DNA of 64,000 bases from positions 96,001-160,000 of the IMG/VR virus record IMGVR_UViG_2731957577_000001, one strand, 5' to 3'. The position numbers were made by a program, and so were the translations under genes. How positions within the stretch are numbered: position 1 is the first letter of the stretch; every line of letters starts with the position of its first letter. Of the stretch, positions 29,724 to 39,456 are shown one piece after another. Under the pieces are notes generated by a model, which worked only from the letters and a program-made list of their open reading frames with translations, was not told the DNA's origin and did not search any database. The stretch is from a virus (lineage: Duplodnaviria > Caudoviricetes).

Positions 29724-30295
29724 TCCAACAGGTCGGTTCTGTAATCAACACTGTTGCACAAGATCAAGCACACCATACGCAACTGATCCTGAAGGTGCCT
29801 CACATCATTTGTCGCGTCTATGATTTCCGCCTGGATCAGATCCCTCTTGTGCCTGAGCATATCAAGCTGGCGTTCGAGGATAACAATCTGTTCATCAAGC
29901 GTCGACATTTGGGTCTTCAGACGGTCCACGGTTATCTTGGACTTGGCTTCGGCGCGTTCCAACTGGGCGTTGAGCTTGTCTACCTCGCGCAACAGTCCCT
30001 TGATGGTCTGCCGATTCACCGGCTCTGGAAAACCAAGGTCGCATTTGAACACGGTAATAAAACACGTGTTGTCAACATCCGTCACGATGATGATGTTGTC
30101 GCGGATGTAGTAATTACGTGTCATGTTGTCGCCAATCTGCCCGCGCCAAAGGAAGCGTGCATGCTCAAACAATTGATGAACATGTCTGTTGATTTGTTCC
30201 TCGTGCGCGATTATGTAATGCTGGCGCTCAGGAACTGTGGTGATGCCTACAATCCGCTCGACATAGCGTTGCTTAAAGTGCTTGGTCAGGTTCAC
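29705..30295 (-). CDS. Hypothetical protein with a coiled-coil C-terminus
   Basis: LTKHFKQRYVERI N-terminus; GGAGG RBS. Confidence 0.7.
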   Translation of the reverse strand: MNLTKHFKQRYVERIVGITTVPERQHYIIAHEEQINRHVHQLFEHARFLWRGQIGDNMTRNYYIRDNIIIVTDVDNTCFITVFKCDLGFPEPVNRQTIKGLLREVDKLNAQLERAEAKSKITVDRLKTQMSTLDEQIVILERQLDMLRHKRDLIQAEIIDATNDVRHLQDQLRMVCLILCNSVDYRTDLLEWKKNA

Positions 30296-30329
30296 AACTT
30301 CACCTCCCGCTCGAATTCTACTCAGAGCA

Positions 30330-30377
30330 TGTAATGCGTTACAACAAGTATAGTACAGAAAGGTACAGAAACACAAC
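30330..30377 (-). promoter_or_regulatory. Sigma-A promoter plus operator TGTAATGCGTTACA
   Basis: TTGTGT-N18-TATACT, followed by a near-perfect palindrome at 30330-30343. Confidence 0.6.
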
Positions 30378-30449
30378 GAAAACCGGGCTTACACGAAAGA
30401 AATTTTCGTTAAGCCCGGTTATTCTTCAGCAGATCGATCTCACACGGTA

Positions 30450-30674
30450 TCAAGATGAAGCCAATCTGTATGTTTTGAGCCATGCAGGATCAACTTGCCA
30501 ATACTTCGCCGCCTGCATAACAGCTTCATCCTCGGTGCCCTGGAAGACGCCAATGACTAAATCCGTTGGGTCAATGTCCTGGAATTCCGGATACCCGGTT
30601 TCGTCGTAGTTCCCGGTTTGGATCTCGAGAGACCCCGCGTATTCCGAATCCAGCACCACCAGATAGTCAGACAT
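30450..30674 (-). CDS. Hypothetical protein
   Basis: GGAGG RBS. Confidence 0.65.
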   Translation of the reverse strand: MSDYLVVLDSEYAGSLEIQTGNYDETGYPEFQDIDPTDLVIGVFQGTEDEAVMQAAKYWQVDPAWLKTYRLASS

Positions 30675-30876
30675 TCGCTTTGCCTCCCTTCAAGGCCAAC
30701 CAGGGGCTTCTCCTTCGACGCGTCTTCCGGGCCATCGTTCCACAGAGGACAAAGAACAGGAACTTGACCAACAGCCACATCAGCTGCAACAACATCAGGA
30801 CACACTCAATCAGCAAGTCCCAAAGAGTCCGGCGCACCACAGGATGGCGTAGAATCGAGCGCAGAATTTTGGTCAT
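30667..30876 (-). CDS. Small membrane protein
   Basis: Hydrophobic core flanked by basic residues; AGGAGG RBS. Confidence 0.6.
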   Translation of the reverse strand: MTKILRSILRHPVVRRTLWDLLIECVLMLLQLMWLLVKFLFFVLCGTMARKTRRRRSPWLALKGGKANV

Positions 30877-30887
30877 GAGAGACCTCC

Positions 30888-31445
30888 TTAGACGTTCATC
30901 CGAATCGAAATCGTCTTATCCGTCTCTTGATACTCCACACAGTCGGGCAGATGCTCTTTGAGTGCAGGATTCTCCTCGATCTTCTGCAGGAGATAGTTCT
31001 TTGCCTTTGTGGCATCGAGCTGCGGTTCTTTCAGGAACTGATCCCGTACCCCATTGGCGGCCAGAAACCCTTCAAAGGCCACGGGATCTTTGATGACCAG
31101 GTTGTGATTGACCTTGCGCGGGGAGATCGTCGCCACATCCAGTTTGAGGGCCTTACCGCCGTTGACGTTCATGATGTAATGCTTGACAAGACCATCAATG
31201 TCCTCGATCTGTTCCACCACGCGTTGAATCTTCTTGTCCCACTCCTGCTTGACCGCATCCCGCAAGGCTTTGAGACGGTCGACTTCTTCCCGCAGAATCT
31301 TGCGTTTGATAATGAGCTTTCGAACCATCAGCTCATCGAGCATGAAGGTCTGGCCACCGTTTTCCTCATAGGCTTCCAGCATCTCTTCAATGCCCGCCAG
31401 ATCCTCTTCCAAAATCGCTTCTTCGAACGTTGCTGCAACCGCCAT
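30888..31445 (-). CDS. Mu Gam/Gp157-like DNA end-protection protein
   Basis: Coiled coil followed by K.LKLDVATIS.RK...F..K..LD...K pattern. Confidence 0.6.
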   Translation of the reverse strand: MAVAATFEEAILEEDLAGIEEMLEAYEENGGQTFMLDELMVRKLIIKRKILREEVDRLKALRDAVKQEWDKKIQRVVEQIEDIDGLVKHYIMNVNGGKALKLDVATISPRKVNHNLVIKDPVAFEGFLAANGVRDQFLKEPQLDATKAKNYLLQKIEENPALKEHLPDCVEYQETDKTISIRMNV

Positions 31446-31461
31446 GACAAGATCCCTCCTG

Positions 31462-31890
31462 TTAATCGAGTTTGTAGCCCTCGATCGGTTCCTTGCAGTT
31501 CGGGCACACATAGGTCTCGTCGTCAGAGTTTACCTCATCGAGCGGAACGGCCTTTCTCTCAAGGACCTTCTCACTGATGTGGTACCAGGCGGAAACCGTG
31601 GAAACCTCTTCGCAGTATGGACAGGTGCGAACCACGTCCACGACACGGACCCCGAAGCCGCCCTCTCCCACCAACTCAAGGCTTGTCGGCATCCAACGGG
31701 GACCTCTTGCAACTGCATAGGGCTCATCCCAGTCAACGATCACAAGACCATCCTCGATGGAGGACACAGTACCTGTAGCCTTGTGATCGGGATCCAAAGA
31801 CCGTCGTTTTACGCGGTCGCCAGGGGTAAAATCAAACTCCACCAATTCGTTGTCGATCACGACTTTGTGGATAACACGTCCCACACCCAT
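31462..31890 (-). CDS. Zn-finger hypothetical protein
   Basis: CPYC...CPNC. Confidence 0.65.
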   Translation of the reverse strand: MGVGRVIHKVVIDNELVEFDFTPGDRVKRRSLDPDHKATGTVSSIEDGLVIVDWDEPYAVARGPRWMPTSLELVGEGGFGVRVVDVVRTCPYCEEVSTVSAWYHISEKVLERKAVPLDEVNSDDETYVCPNCKEPIEGYKLD

Positions 31891-31895
31891 ACCTC

Positions 31896-31916
31896 CTGAA
31901 AATCCGGCGATAGCCG
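31896..31916 (-). promoter_or_regulatory. Hairpin element
   Basis: Plus strand: CTGAAAATC-CGGC-GATA-GCCG. Confidence 0.55.
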
Positions 31917-31920
31917 TGGA

Positions 31921-32304
31921 TTATGCGACCGCGTTCGTCGAGGGGCTCTTTTGAATCAGCTCGTCGACGTAATGCAACAACACATCCAGAGAAGCTGTAT
32001 CATTGATGCCCTGCAGTTCTTCAAGTTCATCGCGGGTCAGGCCCAATGCTTCAAGGGTTTCGACATAGTCACATCCCGACTCGCCGTCTCTCTCATAGGC
32101 CTCATAGAAGTCGCAGGCATCCGACCCATACTCCATCTGAAGGCCGTAGATATCCGAATCACTAAGCCCCGCGATTTTCAGCAAATGACCCACCGAGCAG
32201 TAATGACAAACGCCATTGTCGTCCCGTACAATCAGACTTCCAAACGCCCTTCCTTGCTCCTCTAAACGCGTCCTGAGTGCTTGTAAGGCCTCTACACGAG
32301 TCAT
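31921..32304 (-). CDS. Hypothetical protein
   Basis: C.VG...LQ.IND pattern; RBS. Confidence 0.65.
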   Translation of the reverse strand: MTRVEALQALRTRLEEQGRAFGSLIVRDDNGVCHYCSVGHLLKIAGLSDSDIYGLQMEYGSDACDFYEAYERDGESGCDYVETLEALGLTRDELEELQGINDTASLDVLLHYVDELIQKSPSTNAVA

Positions 32305-32319
32305 ACATCGTCCCTCCTA

Positions 32320-32490
32320 TCAAAATAGCGACAGCTGGCCATGGACGGCCTTTTGTGTGGAATCCACTTCTTGCATTACACCAGGGCGTTTACCGGGGAT
32401 ACACGGATGAGAGATGACCACAGCGCCCTTGATGACGGTGATCTCATACCCGCACTTGGGGCACCGCAACAACACCATTTCTTTGGTCAC
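32320..32490 (-). CDS. 56-aa Zn-ribbon peptide ending in the clamp-binding motif QLSLF (not in the ORF track)
   Basis: MTKEMVLLRCPKCG...GQLSLF*; GTGA overlap with the upstream gene. Confidence 0.6.
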   Translation of the reverse strand: MTKEMVLLRCPKCGYEITVIKGAVVISHPCIPGKRPGVMQEVDSTQKAVHGQLSLF

Positions 32491-33041
32491 TCAGGGTCGC
32501 CACCTATTTGCTTGTTCAAGAGCCGAATCTGCTCCAAGAGAGCTTGGATCGTCTGCACATAGGACAAGAGGATGTTGTAATCCATGACAACATACTGCTT
32601 GTCGTCACCTTTGAACCGAAAGGGGAGAAAGTAATACTCCCGGTTCATCTCGCGCGCTTCCTTGGCGAGTTTCTCGAGCCACTCTCGTTTGATGACAATC
32701 TGTTTTTCGCCCCGGCTATCGAGACTGCCTCGCTCTTTGTACTCTGCGAGTGCAGCGGTCAGTTTTTCCTCAGTAATCATGTCACCGAGGGCGAATGATA
32801 AAGAACCGGAGGCAAGTTGCCGGCGTGCCACATCTTTGGCTTTGGACACCGCCCGGTTGTATCGGTGGGTGCCGTCTTGTTCAAAGTCCATACCTGCCTT
32901 TGTCTGCTTACGAGCCACGGATCGAGGCCGAAGCCCCTTTCGCTCTTTTGGCGGTCGATACAAACTCAAGTCAAAGCAACGAGAACACGCCTTTCCGACA
33001 TTTGCGCACTCATCAGCTAGTCGGCAATCTCCACTGTTCAT
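32487..33041 (-). CDS. Holliday junction resolvase-like PD-(D/E)xK nuclease
   Basis: G.DFE...SG...GD...AEYKE...I.IKREWLEKL pattern. Confidence 0.65.
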   Translation of the reverse strand: MNSGDCRLADECANVGKACSRCFDLSLYRPPKERKGLRPRSVARKQTKAGMDFEQDGTHRYNRAVSKAKDVARRQLASGSLSFALGDMITEEKLTAALAEYKERGSLDSRGEKQIVIKREWLEKLAKEAREMNREYYFLPFRFKGDDKQYVVMDYNILLSYVQTIQALLEQIRLLNKQIGGDPE

Positions 33042-33505
33042 ACAAGTTGCTTCTCCAATCGAAGAATGGAGTTATTCGTGATCTTCGACTCCGCCTTCAT
33101 CTTGAGCGTCGCAATCGTTGCGTCCAGCAAGTAATAATACTTGTTCCAGATATCCTCGATCTCGAACAAATTGACCTTGGGAAAGGGCCAAAATTCAGGA
33201 GCCGGATACTCCCTCGCAAACTGGATCCCGCCCGCTCGCCGCGCGTCTGGATTCGGCCCGGAATAGTAATCCTTGAGAACGCTTTCGAGGAACCTTTGTA
33301 TGGCGTCTCGGTTGCGCTTGGCACGCGCAAAATCGTAGTAAACTTGGGTATACAATTCGGATAACTGAATGTTAAATATATGCAGGGTCTCGGTGGTGTT
33401 CTCCATGGGGACAACAAGTTTGCGATTCCGTTCCTCGTAGTCAGCGACGAGCTTGTCCCACGCGTGCAAATCTTCCATCAAAAGACGTTCTAACACCCGA
33501 CTCAT
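33038..33505 (-). CDS. Hypothetical protein
   Basis: AGGAGG RBS; coupled ORF. Confidence 0.7.
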   Translation of the reverse strand: MSRVLERLLMEDLHAWDKLVADYEERNRKLVVPMENTTETLHIFNIQLSELYTQVYYDFARAKRNRDAIQRFLESVLKDYYSGPNPDARRAGGIQFAREYPAPEFWPFPKVNLFEIEDIWNKYYYLLDATIATLKMKAESKITNNSILRLEKQLV

Positions 33506-33520
33506 GACAATTCCTCCTGG

Positions 33521-33910
33521 TCATGAAAACAGGCCAAACAGATTGACTAAGCCATCCTGCATGTAATCCATAAACATGAAGATACTCAGTGCGCCAAGGG
33601 TCTCGGTCGTCCGCGAGGCGATCCGATCAACCTGCTGGGCGGGTGGGTCATACGCATCCAGAATATTCTTGATCCGCTCACTGAAGCGATGAATGAGGCT
33701 GGATTTGATGTGACCCGCGGCTTGTGGGTATCTCTCGATCACAAGCCGCGCGGTCGAAGTGGGCAGGTCCAAGGATACTTCGGTTCCGGTCGCGTTGGCA
33801 ATGTCAACGCGCTCCATAATCACAGAAGCCACCACATCAGAAATCGCGGAGATCGTAGTTTCATCCGTATCTCCAGACCGATGGACAATGTACTCGCGTC
33901 TAGCCGGCAT
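33521..33910 (-). CDS. Hypothetical protein
   Basis: ORF with RBS. Confidence 0.6.
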   Translation of the reverse strand: MPARREYIVHRSGDTDETTISAISDVVASVIMERVDIANATGTEVSLDLPTSTARLVIERYPQAAGHIKSSLIHRFSERIKNILDAYDPPAQQVDRIASRTTETLGALSIFMFMDYMQDGLVNLFGLFS

Positions 33911-33955
33911 GTCCTTCTTCCCTTCCCCATGTGTGTTTCATTCTCAGGACGCTAT

Positions 33956-34525
33956 TCACATCATGGACTGCTCTGAGTTTACGCGCAGGATGACAGCGAT
34001 TCGGCCATCCTCCAGCTTGTGTGCAGATTCAATGGCCAGGTTCTGAACGTGTTCGAATTCACCCTTCACCATTTCTTGCATCGACTGTACAAACGATTGG
34101 ATCCACGGTTCCGTGGCACTCATCGACTCACGAGCTTTTGCTGCCTCAAGTTCCAAGCGAAGCCGTTCCACTTCTTGCTCCTTCTTCGCAAGGATTTGCT
34201 GAAAACGGCTTGTGTGTTGATTGAGCATGTTGACCATGTCAATGATATGATTAACCTCTTGCTCTGCGTCCGGGATTCCGTAGTAAATGATTTCGTTGGG
34301 ATCCGCTTTTTCCTTACTCGCAATGATCCCGATAATCCCCTCCTTGTACAGCTTGCGAACAGCACGATGCACTGTGGCTTCGCTGACTTTCTCCCCTGTT
34401 TCCTCCCCGATCGCCTTACCGATATCCTCCATGGACATCTTCAAGCGTTTATGCCGCTTGAGGAACTCATACACTTTTTGCTCCCCGGCACTGAGCAGCT
34501 CGAGGATAACGGACTCAGATGACAC
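33956..34525 (-). CDS. Winged-HTH transcription regulator with coiled coil
   Basis: SMEDIGKAIG...VSEATVHRAVRKLYKEGII; operator copies cluster upstream. Confidence 0.7.
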   Translation of the reverse strand: MSSESVILELLSAGEQKVYEFLKRHKRLKMSMEDIGKAIGEETGEKVSEATVHRAVRKLYKEGIIGIIASKEKADPNEIIYYGIPDAEQEVNHIIDMVNMLNQHTSRFQQILAKKEQEVERLRLELEAAKARESMSATEPWIQSFVQSMQEMVKGEFEHVQNLAIESAHKLEDGRIAVILRVNSEQSMM

Positions 34526-34717
34526 TCGCCTAACCTCCTCTGGAAAACCAGTCACAGTCGTATTACATTATACCGCAATATACCACGGTATAAAAGAAGT
34601 GCATTACAAATCACATCACTGCATTACATAATGCGGCCAGTTTTCCGCAGAGGCTGCGTTTTGCACCGAGTTCCTCTGACTTAGCGCTCAGTGAAAGGCC
34701 GGCTCATCGCACCGACC

Positions 34718-34948
34718 TTATCGGACCGTCTGACGCAGCTTTTGCTCTATGGCAGAGTTGACTTCGGCTTCATAGATACCTCGGCTGCGTGCAATCTCTC
34801 GTATCTCCTCGGGACTGTACACTCGGTACCGATTCCCTTTATTTCGGCGTGCCGGTGGGATGAGCCCATTCTCTTCCCAATACTTGATGGTGTCTTTGTG
34901 TACCCCAAGAATCTCGGCGGCATCTTTTACCGTGAATTCTTTTCTCAT
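34718..34948 (-). CDS. MerR-family HTH protein
   Basis: VKDAAEILGVHKDTIKYWEENGLIPPARRN..NRYRVY. Confidence 0.85.
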   Translation of the reverse strand: MRKEFTVKDAAEILGVHKDTIKYWEENGLIPPARRNKGNRYRVYSPEEIREIARSRGIYEAEVNSAIEQKLRQTVR

Positions 34949-35538
34949 GCTGACTTCACCACCTGAAGTTGCGACTGGATATACGAGAACTGCTGATGTA
35001 AGACGGCAAGCGTCTGGTCATTGGCATCCACGAAGGAGTATGTCGTCAACACCGTCGTGGACGGAAGAATCGGCACAAACTGGCCTACTTCGGGCGCGTC
35101 CACAAATGCGAGGGAGGGATTGTACCCAAGACAAATGGCAATGACAGGCCGAACCACCATTACCTCAGCGACTAGGTGATGGACACACCGAGCATACTCC
35201 TTAGAGCCCACGCACTTGACCAACGATGTCAGGTACAGATCCTGAAAATCGTACCCACAATCCTTGAGGCACTGCGCCAATTGGTGGCCTTGCGGAGAAT
35301 CAAACAAGACATCCTCTGGGGTTTCGCCAATGATCATGACTCGTGCCTCTGGATGGGTCAGTGGCAGTGGTTTCTCATACTTAGACAAGACACATGCGTG
35401 ACAAGCTAACACGTCCTGGCGAAGATGCCCGTGGGCCAGACCCCTCATACAGAGGTCTGGCACTGTCGGCTGAACTTCGTCATAGAAGATCTGGGTTTCG
35501 ATTCCCTGCCCAGCAGTGATTGACGTCAAGATCATCAC
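34945..35538 (-). CDS. Uracil-DNA glycosylase family-4-like protein (degenerate)
   Basis: C..C.L, VMIIGETP, LYLTSLVKC, VRP..ICLG; the HP motif is absent. Confidence 0.65.
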   Translation of the reverse strand: MMILTSITAGQGIETQIFYDEVQPTVPDLCMRGLAHGHLRQDVLACHACVLSKYEKPLPLTHPEARVMIIGETPEDVLFDSPQGHQLAQCLKDCGYDFQDLYLTSLVKCVGSKEYARCVHHLVAEVMVVRPVIAICLGYNPSLAFVDAPEVGQFVPILPSTTVLTTYSFVDANDQTLAVLHQQFSYIQSQLQVVKSA

Positions 35539-36675
35539 CTACACCAGCGTATCGGCCACCAGTTCCGAATCGGCCGACTCCGCCCCGTCATCGGTTTCCT
35601 CGACAAACTGTGTTCCTTTCGGGATATGTCCCAAGACAATGCCATTGATGTACTCATAGAGAGCCGGGCTGACACGAAGTGCAGCAATCAGATTTTCTTT
35701 GCCCTGCCATTTCAACTGGTTGCCATGACTATCGCACGAAGGATTCTTAGCATCTTCGCCTATGAAATAGTACGCACCGGCGCGATTGATGACCCCGGTA
35801 TCAATGGCCACGTCAACAATCGATTTGAGCACATCAATTCCCGTGTCAAAGTAATAGTCATACTCCGCCACGGTAAACGGACGCGCCACTTTATTCTTGA
35901 TGAACTTGACCGTCGTTGCCTGACCGATGTGGACGTCGCCCTTCTTGATTTCCTTGCGGCGAATCTCAATTCGCATGGTGGCATAGAATTTCAACGCCCG
36001 ACCCCCGGTTGTGGTCTCGGGGTTTCCGTACATCACACCGACTTTTTCCCGGATTTGATTGATAAACATGCACAGAGTATCGGATTCATACGCCACGCCT
36101 TTGATCTTGCTGAGCCCCTGCGACATCATGCGGGCCTGGAGTCCCACGTGATTGGCGTCCATGCCTTCTTCGATGATCTTTCGTGGCGTAAAGGCAGCGA
36201 CCGAATCTCCGATGATGAGCGCAAACTGTTTCGAGCGGCAGGCCGCTTCAATAAGGTCAAAGGCCTGCTCTCCCGTTTCCGGCTGAGTGACCACAAGCTC
36301 CGAGAGATTCACACCGAGCGCCTGAGCATGAATGGGATCCAAGGCATGTTCAGCATCGACGAACAGCACCTTTTTTCCATAGAGACGATGCTCGGGTTCT
36401 CTCGCGAGCTTTTGAACCTGCGCGGCCACCATTAGGCAGAAGGTCGTCTTGCCGGCCGACTCCGGCCCATACACTTCGACAATCCGCCCGAGCGGCATAC
36501 CGCCGATTCCCGAGGCATAATCGACACTGGGGATCCCGGTCGGAACCGGAAAGACAGAGGCCCGTTCCGTGCTATCCAGTGTAAAGAACGTGCCTTCCCC
36601 AAACCGCTTATTAAAGTCTGCAACCACATCATAACCGCGAGATGGAGTGTCTTTATCCGTTGCTGCCTTCGTCAT
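35539..36675 (-). CDS. recA: Recombinase RecA
   Basis: GRIVEVYGPESAGKTT, DAEHALD, DSVAA, FINQIREKVGVMYGNPETTTGGRALKFYA. Confidence 0.97.
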   Translation of the reverse strand: MTKAATDKDTPSRGYDVVADFNKRFGEGTFFTLDSTERASVFPVPTGIPSVDYASGIGGMPLGRIVEVYGPESAGKTTFCLMVAAQVQKLAREPEHRLYGKKVLFVDAEHALDPIHAQALGVNLSELVVTQPETGEQAFDLIEAACRSKQFALIIGDSVAAFTPRKIIEEGMDANHVGLQARMMSQGLSKIKGVAYESDTLCMFINQIREKVGVMYGNPETTTGGRALKFYATMRIEIRRKEIKKGDVHIGQATTVKFIKNKVARPFTVAEYDYYFDTGIDVLKSIVDVAIDTGVINRAGAYYFIGEDAKNPSCDSHGNQLKWQGKENLIAALRVSPALYEYINGIVLGHIPKGTQFVEETDDGAESADSELVADTLV

Positions 36676-37039
36676 GTCCCTCGACTCCTTTGTACGATGA
36701 AATAAACTCATCGACCGCATCCTTGGCCGCCTTAATCTGCCGAAGCAACGTACGCGCCGACTCGAGCGCCTTTTCATCGGTCACATTCTGAAACTGTTTC
36801 GTCAAGGCAACGCCGCGATGATTGAGCGCGCGCGAAGCAAACTGCATGGCGATGACGAGCGCATGATCGGGGATGTCTTGTTCCTGCTTGAGGAACTTAT
36901 AAATCGTATCGAGCGACTCGTCATACATTCGGGCTTTCGCCGTTCTCATCGGCATGCCTTTATCGTGATAGTGCTCGAACAGCGCGTGGACGAAGCGGCC
37001 AAGGGCAAGGGCTGGTTTCGCATTGGCCCTAGCTGACAT
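36653..37039 (-). CDS. Hypothetical protein
   Basis: Lies between ssb and recA. Confidence 0.65.
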   Translation of the reverse strand: MSARANAKPALALGRFVHALFEHYHDKGMPMRTAKARMYDESLDTIYKFLKQEQDIPDHALVIAMQFASRALNHRGVALTKQFQNVTDEKALESARTLLRQIKAAKDAVDEFISSYKGVEGHDEGSNG

Positions 37040-37091
37040 GCCACCAAAGCCCCCTTGGGGCCGGGGAAGCCACGACCTCCCCGGACATCAA

Positions 37092-37823
37092 TTAGCGTTG
37101 ATACGTGCCAACGGGTGCGCCAAATCCCTGTGGCGCGCCAAACCCGCCGGGTTGCGGGCCGCCTTGAGGTCCTTGTGGGCCACCGAATCCAGGCTGGGCA
37201 AAGCCGCCTTGTCCACCCTGCGGGGCACCAAACTGGGACTGATTGAAACCGCCTTGCGGCTGACCGAATCCTCCCTGTGGAGCCCCCTGGAATCCACCCT
37301 GTGGCTGGCCAAAGCCGCCCTGCTGGGGCGCTTGCGGCTGCCCAAAACCACCTTGCTGCGGATAGCCGCCTTGTTGTGGCGCAAAACCACCTTGATTTTG
37401 CGGCGCAGGCGCCTGCTGGCCTTGCTGCTGGTTGTGCGTCGAAGCCGGCTCACCAAAGCCTCGGAGATAATTCACCCGAATGGTCGGATAGATCCGTCCG
37501 TCCTGACCCTTATTGAGAACCGGCGTCCCTTTGACGAACAAGGCGCGCCCCTTATAGCAATGATCCATCAAAAAGTTGTGCATGGACGCGCGATCCGGAG
37601 ACGACGCATAGACTTCGAGCTTCCAGTAATCCGGATCCTCCTTGTTCGCCACATTCACCGCAAGGTTCGCATTGGCAACCTTGGCCCCGTTGTTCAGGGG
37701 CACCGAGTAGGCATGCACGCGCTCCCCGGTGTTGGGATCTTTGATCGTCGAGAGATTGCCAAACACCTCGATCTCTGCGTAATCGGAACGCCCACCGGAG
37801 TTGTTTCCATTCTGATTGGCCAT
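37092..37823 (-). CDS. Divergent single-stranded DNA-binding protein with a G/Q/F/P-rich repeat tail
   Basis: OB-fold N-terminus (GNL...VAN.NLAVN...KG..LFV.G); (GGFGQPQ)n tail. Confidence 0.75.
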   Translation of the reverse strand: MANQNGNNSGGRSDYAEIEVFGNLSTIKDPNTGERVHAYSVPLNNGAKVANANLAVNVANKEDPDYWKLEVYASSPDRASMHNFLMDHCYKGRALFVKGTPVLNKGQDGRIYPTIRVNYLRGFGEPASTHNQQQGQQAPAPQNQGGFAPQQGGYPQQGGFGQPQAPQQGGFGQPQGGFQGAPQGGFGQPQGGFNQSQFGAPQGGQGGFAQPGFGGPQGPQGGPQPGGFGAPQGFGAPVGTYQR

Positions 37824-37855
37824 GATAACCTCTCCCTTTTTGTTTGGATTTCCAT

Positions 37856-37875
37856 CCCCAAAATGAAGCGATAGC
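37856..37875 (-). promoter_or_regulatory. Hairpin element upstream of ssb-recA
   Basis: Plus strand: CCCCAAAATGAA-GC-GATA-GC. Confidence 0.5.
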
Positions 37876-37877
37876 GG

Positions 37878-38057
37878 CTAATAGGACAGCTTGTAGAGAA
37901 TCTTCCGGTCCTCCCGGATGATCTCGGTGACATGGAGAATGTGGACCGAACCATCCGCCATCTCCACTTGGAGCGGGGTTCCGACTTCCACATCTCGATT
38001 GGCGGGATACATGAAATCCTGCTCCTTTCCATCCGGGAAAACGAGCACGTTTCGCAT
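37878..38057 (-). CDS. Hypothetical protein
   Basis: Start MRNVLVFPDG. Confidence 0.6.
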   Translation of the reverse strand: MRNVLVFPDGKEQDFMYPANRDVEVGTPLQVEMADGSVHILHVTEIIREDRKILYKLSY

Positions 38058-38073
38058 AGGGATCACCCGCCTT

Positions 38074-38403
38074 TCACAAGGGCCGTAACTCAAAGGCCAC
38101 AATGGAATGCTGCTGTTCCATTTTGTCACCACGATTGAGCGTGACCACATTCACAAATCCGCGGACGACGACGAAGTTGCCGATGACCAAGAGGTCCTTG
38201 AAATGCTCCGCCATCTCCGTGGACATGTAGACGCGCATGGCGCCGACAAAATCGTCAATGGTGATGACGTGTAAATCCTGATCTAGAGAAAACGACTCCG
38301 TGATCTTCCCTGCGACCGTCACCTCATCCCGAGGTTGAGCGCGCAGGCGAATCTCCTCGGTGAAATGCGTGACATGAGCCCGAATGTCCGCAATCGACGG
38401 CAT
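38074..38403 (-). CDS. Stand-alone OB-fold protein (similar to the DnaE C-terminal OB domain)
   Basis: VTVAGKI...ITIDDFVG.M.V...LVIGNFVVVRG.V. Confidence 0.65.
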   Translation of the reverse strand: MPSIADIRAHVTHFTEEIRLRAQPRDEVTVAGKITESFSLDQDLHVITIDDFVGAMRVYMSTEMAEHFKDLLVIGNFVVVRGFVNVVTLNRGDKMEQQHSIVAFELRPL

Positions 38404-38637
38404 TTACCCCTGACCTCTTTTCGTCTGTTGGTACTCAATGGCCAACTCCTCAATCAGTTGATTGACCTCGTGTTCATGGATAATGCCCTTGCGAAGCAAT
38501 AACTGAAAAAGGGCGTTGACTAAAAGGTACGATGTGACGACTTCATCATTCCGGGTCACCCCTTGTGGAGTGTCCGCCAAGGAACGACGTTGCGGGATCA
38601 TGTCCTCAAACAGGTCAAACTCTTGATCTTCGTTCAT
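38404..38637 (-). CDS. Hypothetical protein
   Basis: Start MNEDQEFDLF. Confidence 0.6.
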   Translation of the reverse strand: MNEDQEFDLFEDMIPQRRSLADTPQGVTRNDEVVTSYLLVNALFQLLLRKGIIHEHEVNQLIEELAIEYQQTKRGQG

Positions 38638-38677
38638 GAGTCTTCCTCTCCCCTCTTTGCATGCCGTGGTTATCATG

Positions 38678-39364
38678 TCAGTGCCCGGATTTGAGGATCC
38701 TGAGCATGACTTTCGTTACGCCATAGCTTCGGTTTGCCAGGGGCACATAGATGTCGATATGGCGCCCCTTGATCGCGCCGCCTACATCGTCAGCCCTTCG
38801 CACCTCCGTATGACCATCGGGAAACTTCAGTTCCACGACACTCCCAAGGGGAATGACCTTGGGATCCACAGCGATCGTGACCCCAGCTTGTACGTGCCGG
38901 CCCGAAGCCGTCACGCCAAAGCCAGGGTCTCCCGGCCGCTTGCCCGTGGACTGCTCATAGGCGTCGTAATACGTGGCCTTAAAGGGCAGCCATGGATGGG
39001 CGGTGGATAGGGACTCAAGCTGTTGCAGCTTTTTCGTCGTCTGGTCAAGTTCTTGCTTCAGCTTGGCATTCTCTTGAGAGAGCTGTTGGTTCTCTTGAGA
39101 GAGATGCTGGTTTTGCTCAGAGAGTTGATGATCCTTCTCTGAGAGACGTTGGTTGTCATCTTGGAGTGCATTTTCCTTACGCTGAAGCTGCTTCATCTGA
39201 ACACCTTGCGAATCGTATTCATGACGAAGCGTGCGAAGTTGAGAGCTGAAAGTGATGTGTTGGGCGATGGCAGACGCAATGAGCAGGCAAACGCCAAGCC
39301 AATACGCCATCTGTCTTCGCTTTTCCACATCAAACCTCCAGTTTTTAAGACCTTTCCCCTTCAT
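38678..39364 (-). CDS. Membrane-anchored coiled-coil 3D-domain protein (lytic transglycosylase/Sps-like)
   Basis: ATYY...TASG...IAVDPKVIPLGS...ADDVGGAIKGRHIDIY. Confidence 0.85.
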   Translation of the reverse strand: MKGKGLKNWRFDVEKRRQMAYWLGVCLLIASAIAQHITFSSQLRTLRHEYDSQGVQMKQLQRKENALQDDNQRLSEKDHQLSEQNQHLSQENQQLSQENAKLKQELDQTTKKLQQLESLSTAHPWLPFKATYYDAYEQSTGKRPGDPGFGVTASGRHVQAGVTIAVDPKVIPLGSVVELKFPDGHTEVRRADDVGGAIKGRHIDIYVPLANRSYGVTKVMLRILKSGH

Positions 39365-39456
39365 TATATACGTTTCCACAGGTCTATGCAATGTATTACA
39401 AGAACACAAAAGCTCTATCCCAAAAGGACAGAGCCTTCGTTTCAAACCTGGGGTTG

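Noticed and set aside
32321-32336. Possible twelfth hairpin element (CAAAATAGC-GACA-GCT)
   Set aside because: Spacing is 2 nt short, and the sequence is explained by codons for the C-terminal QLSLF of the 56-aa ORF.
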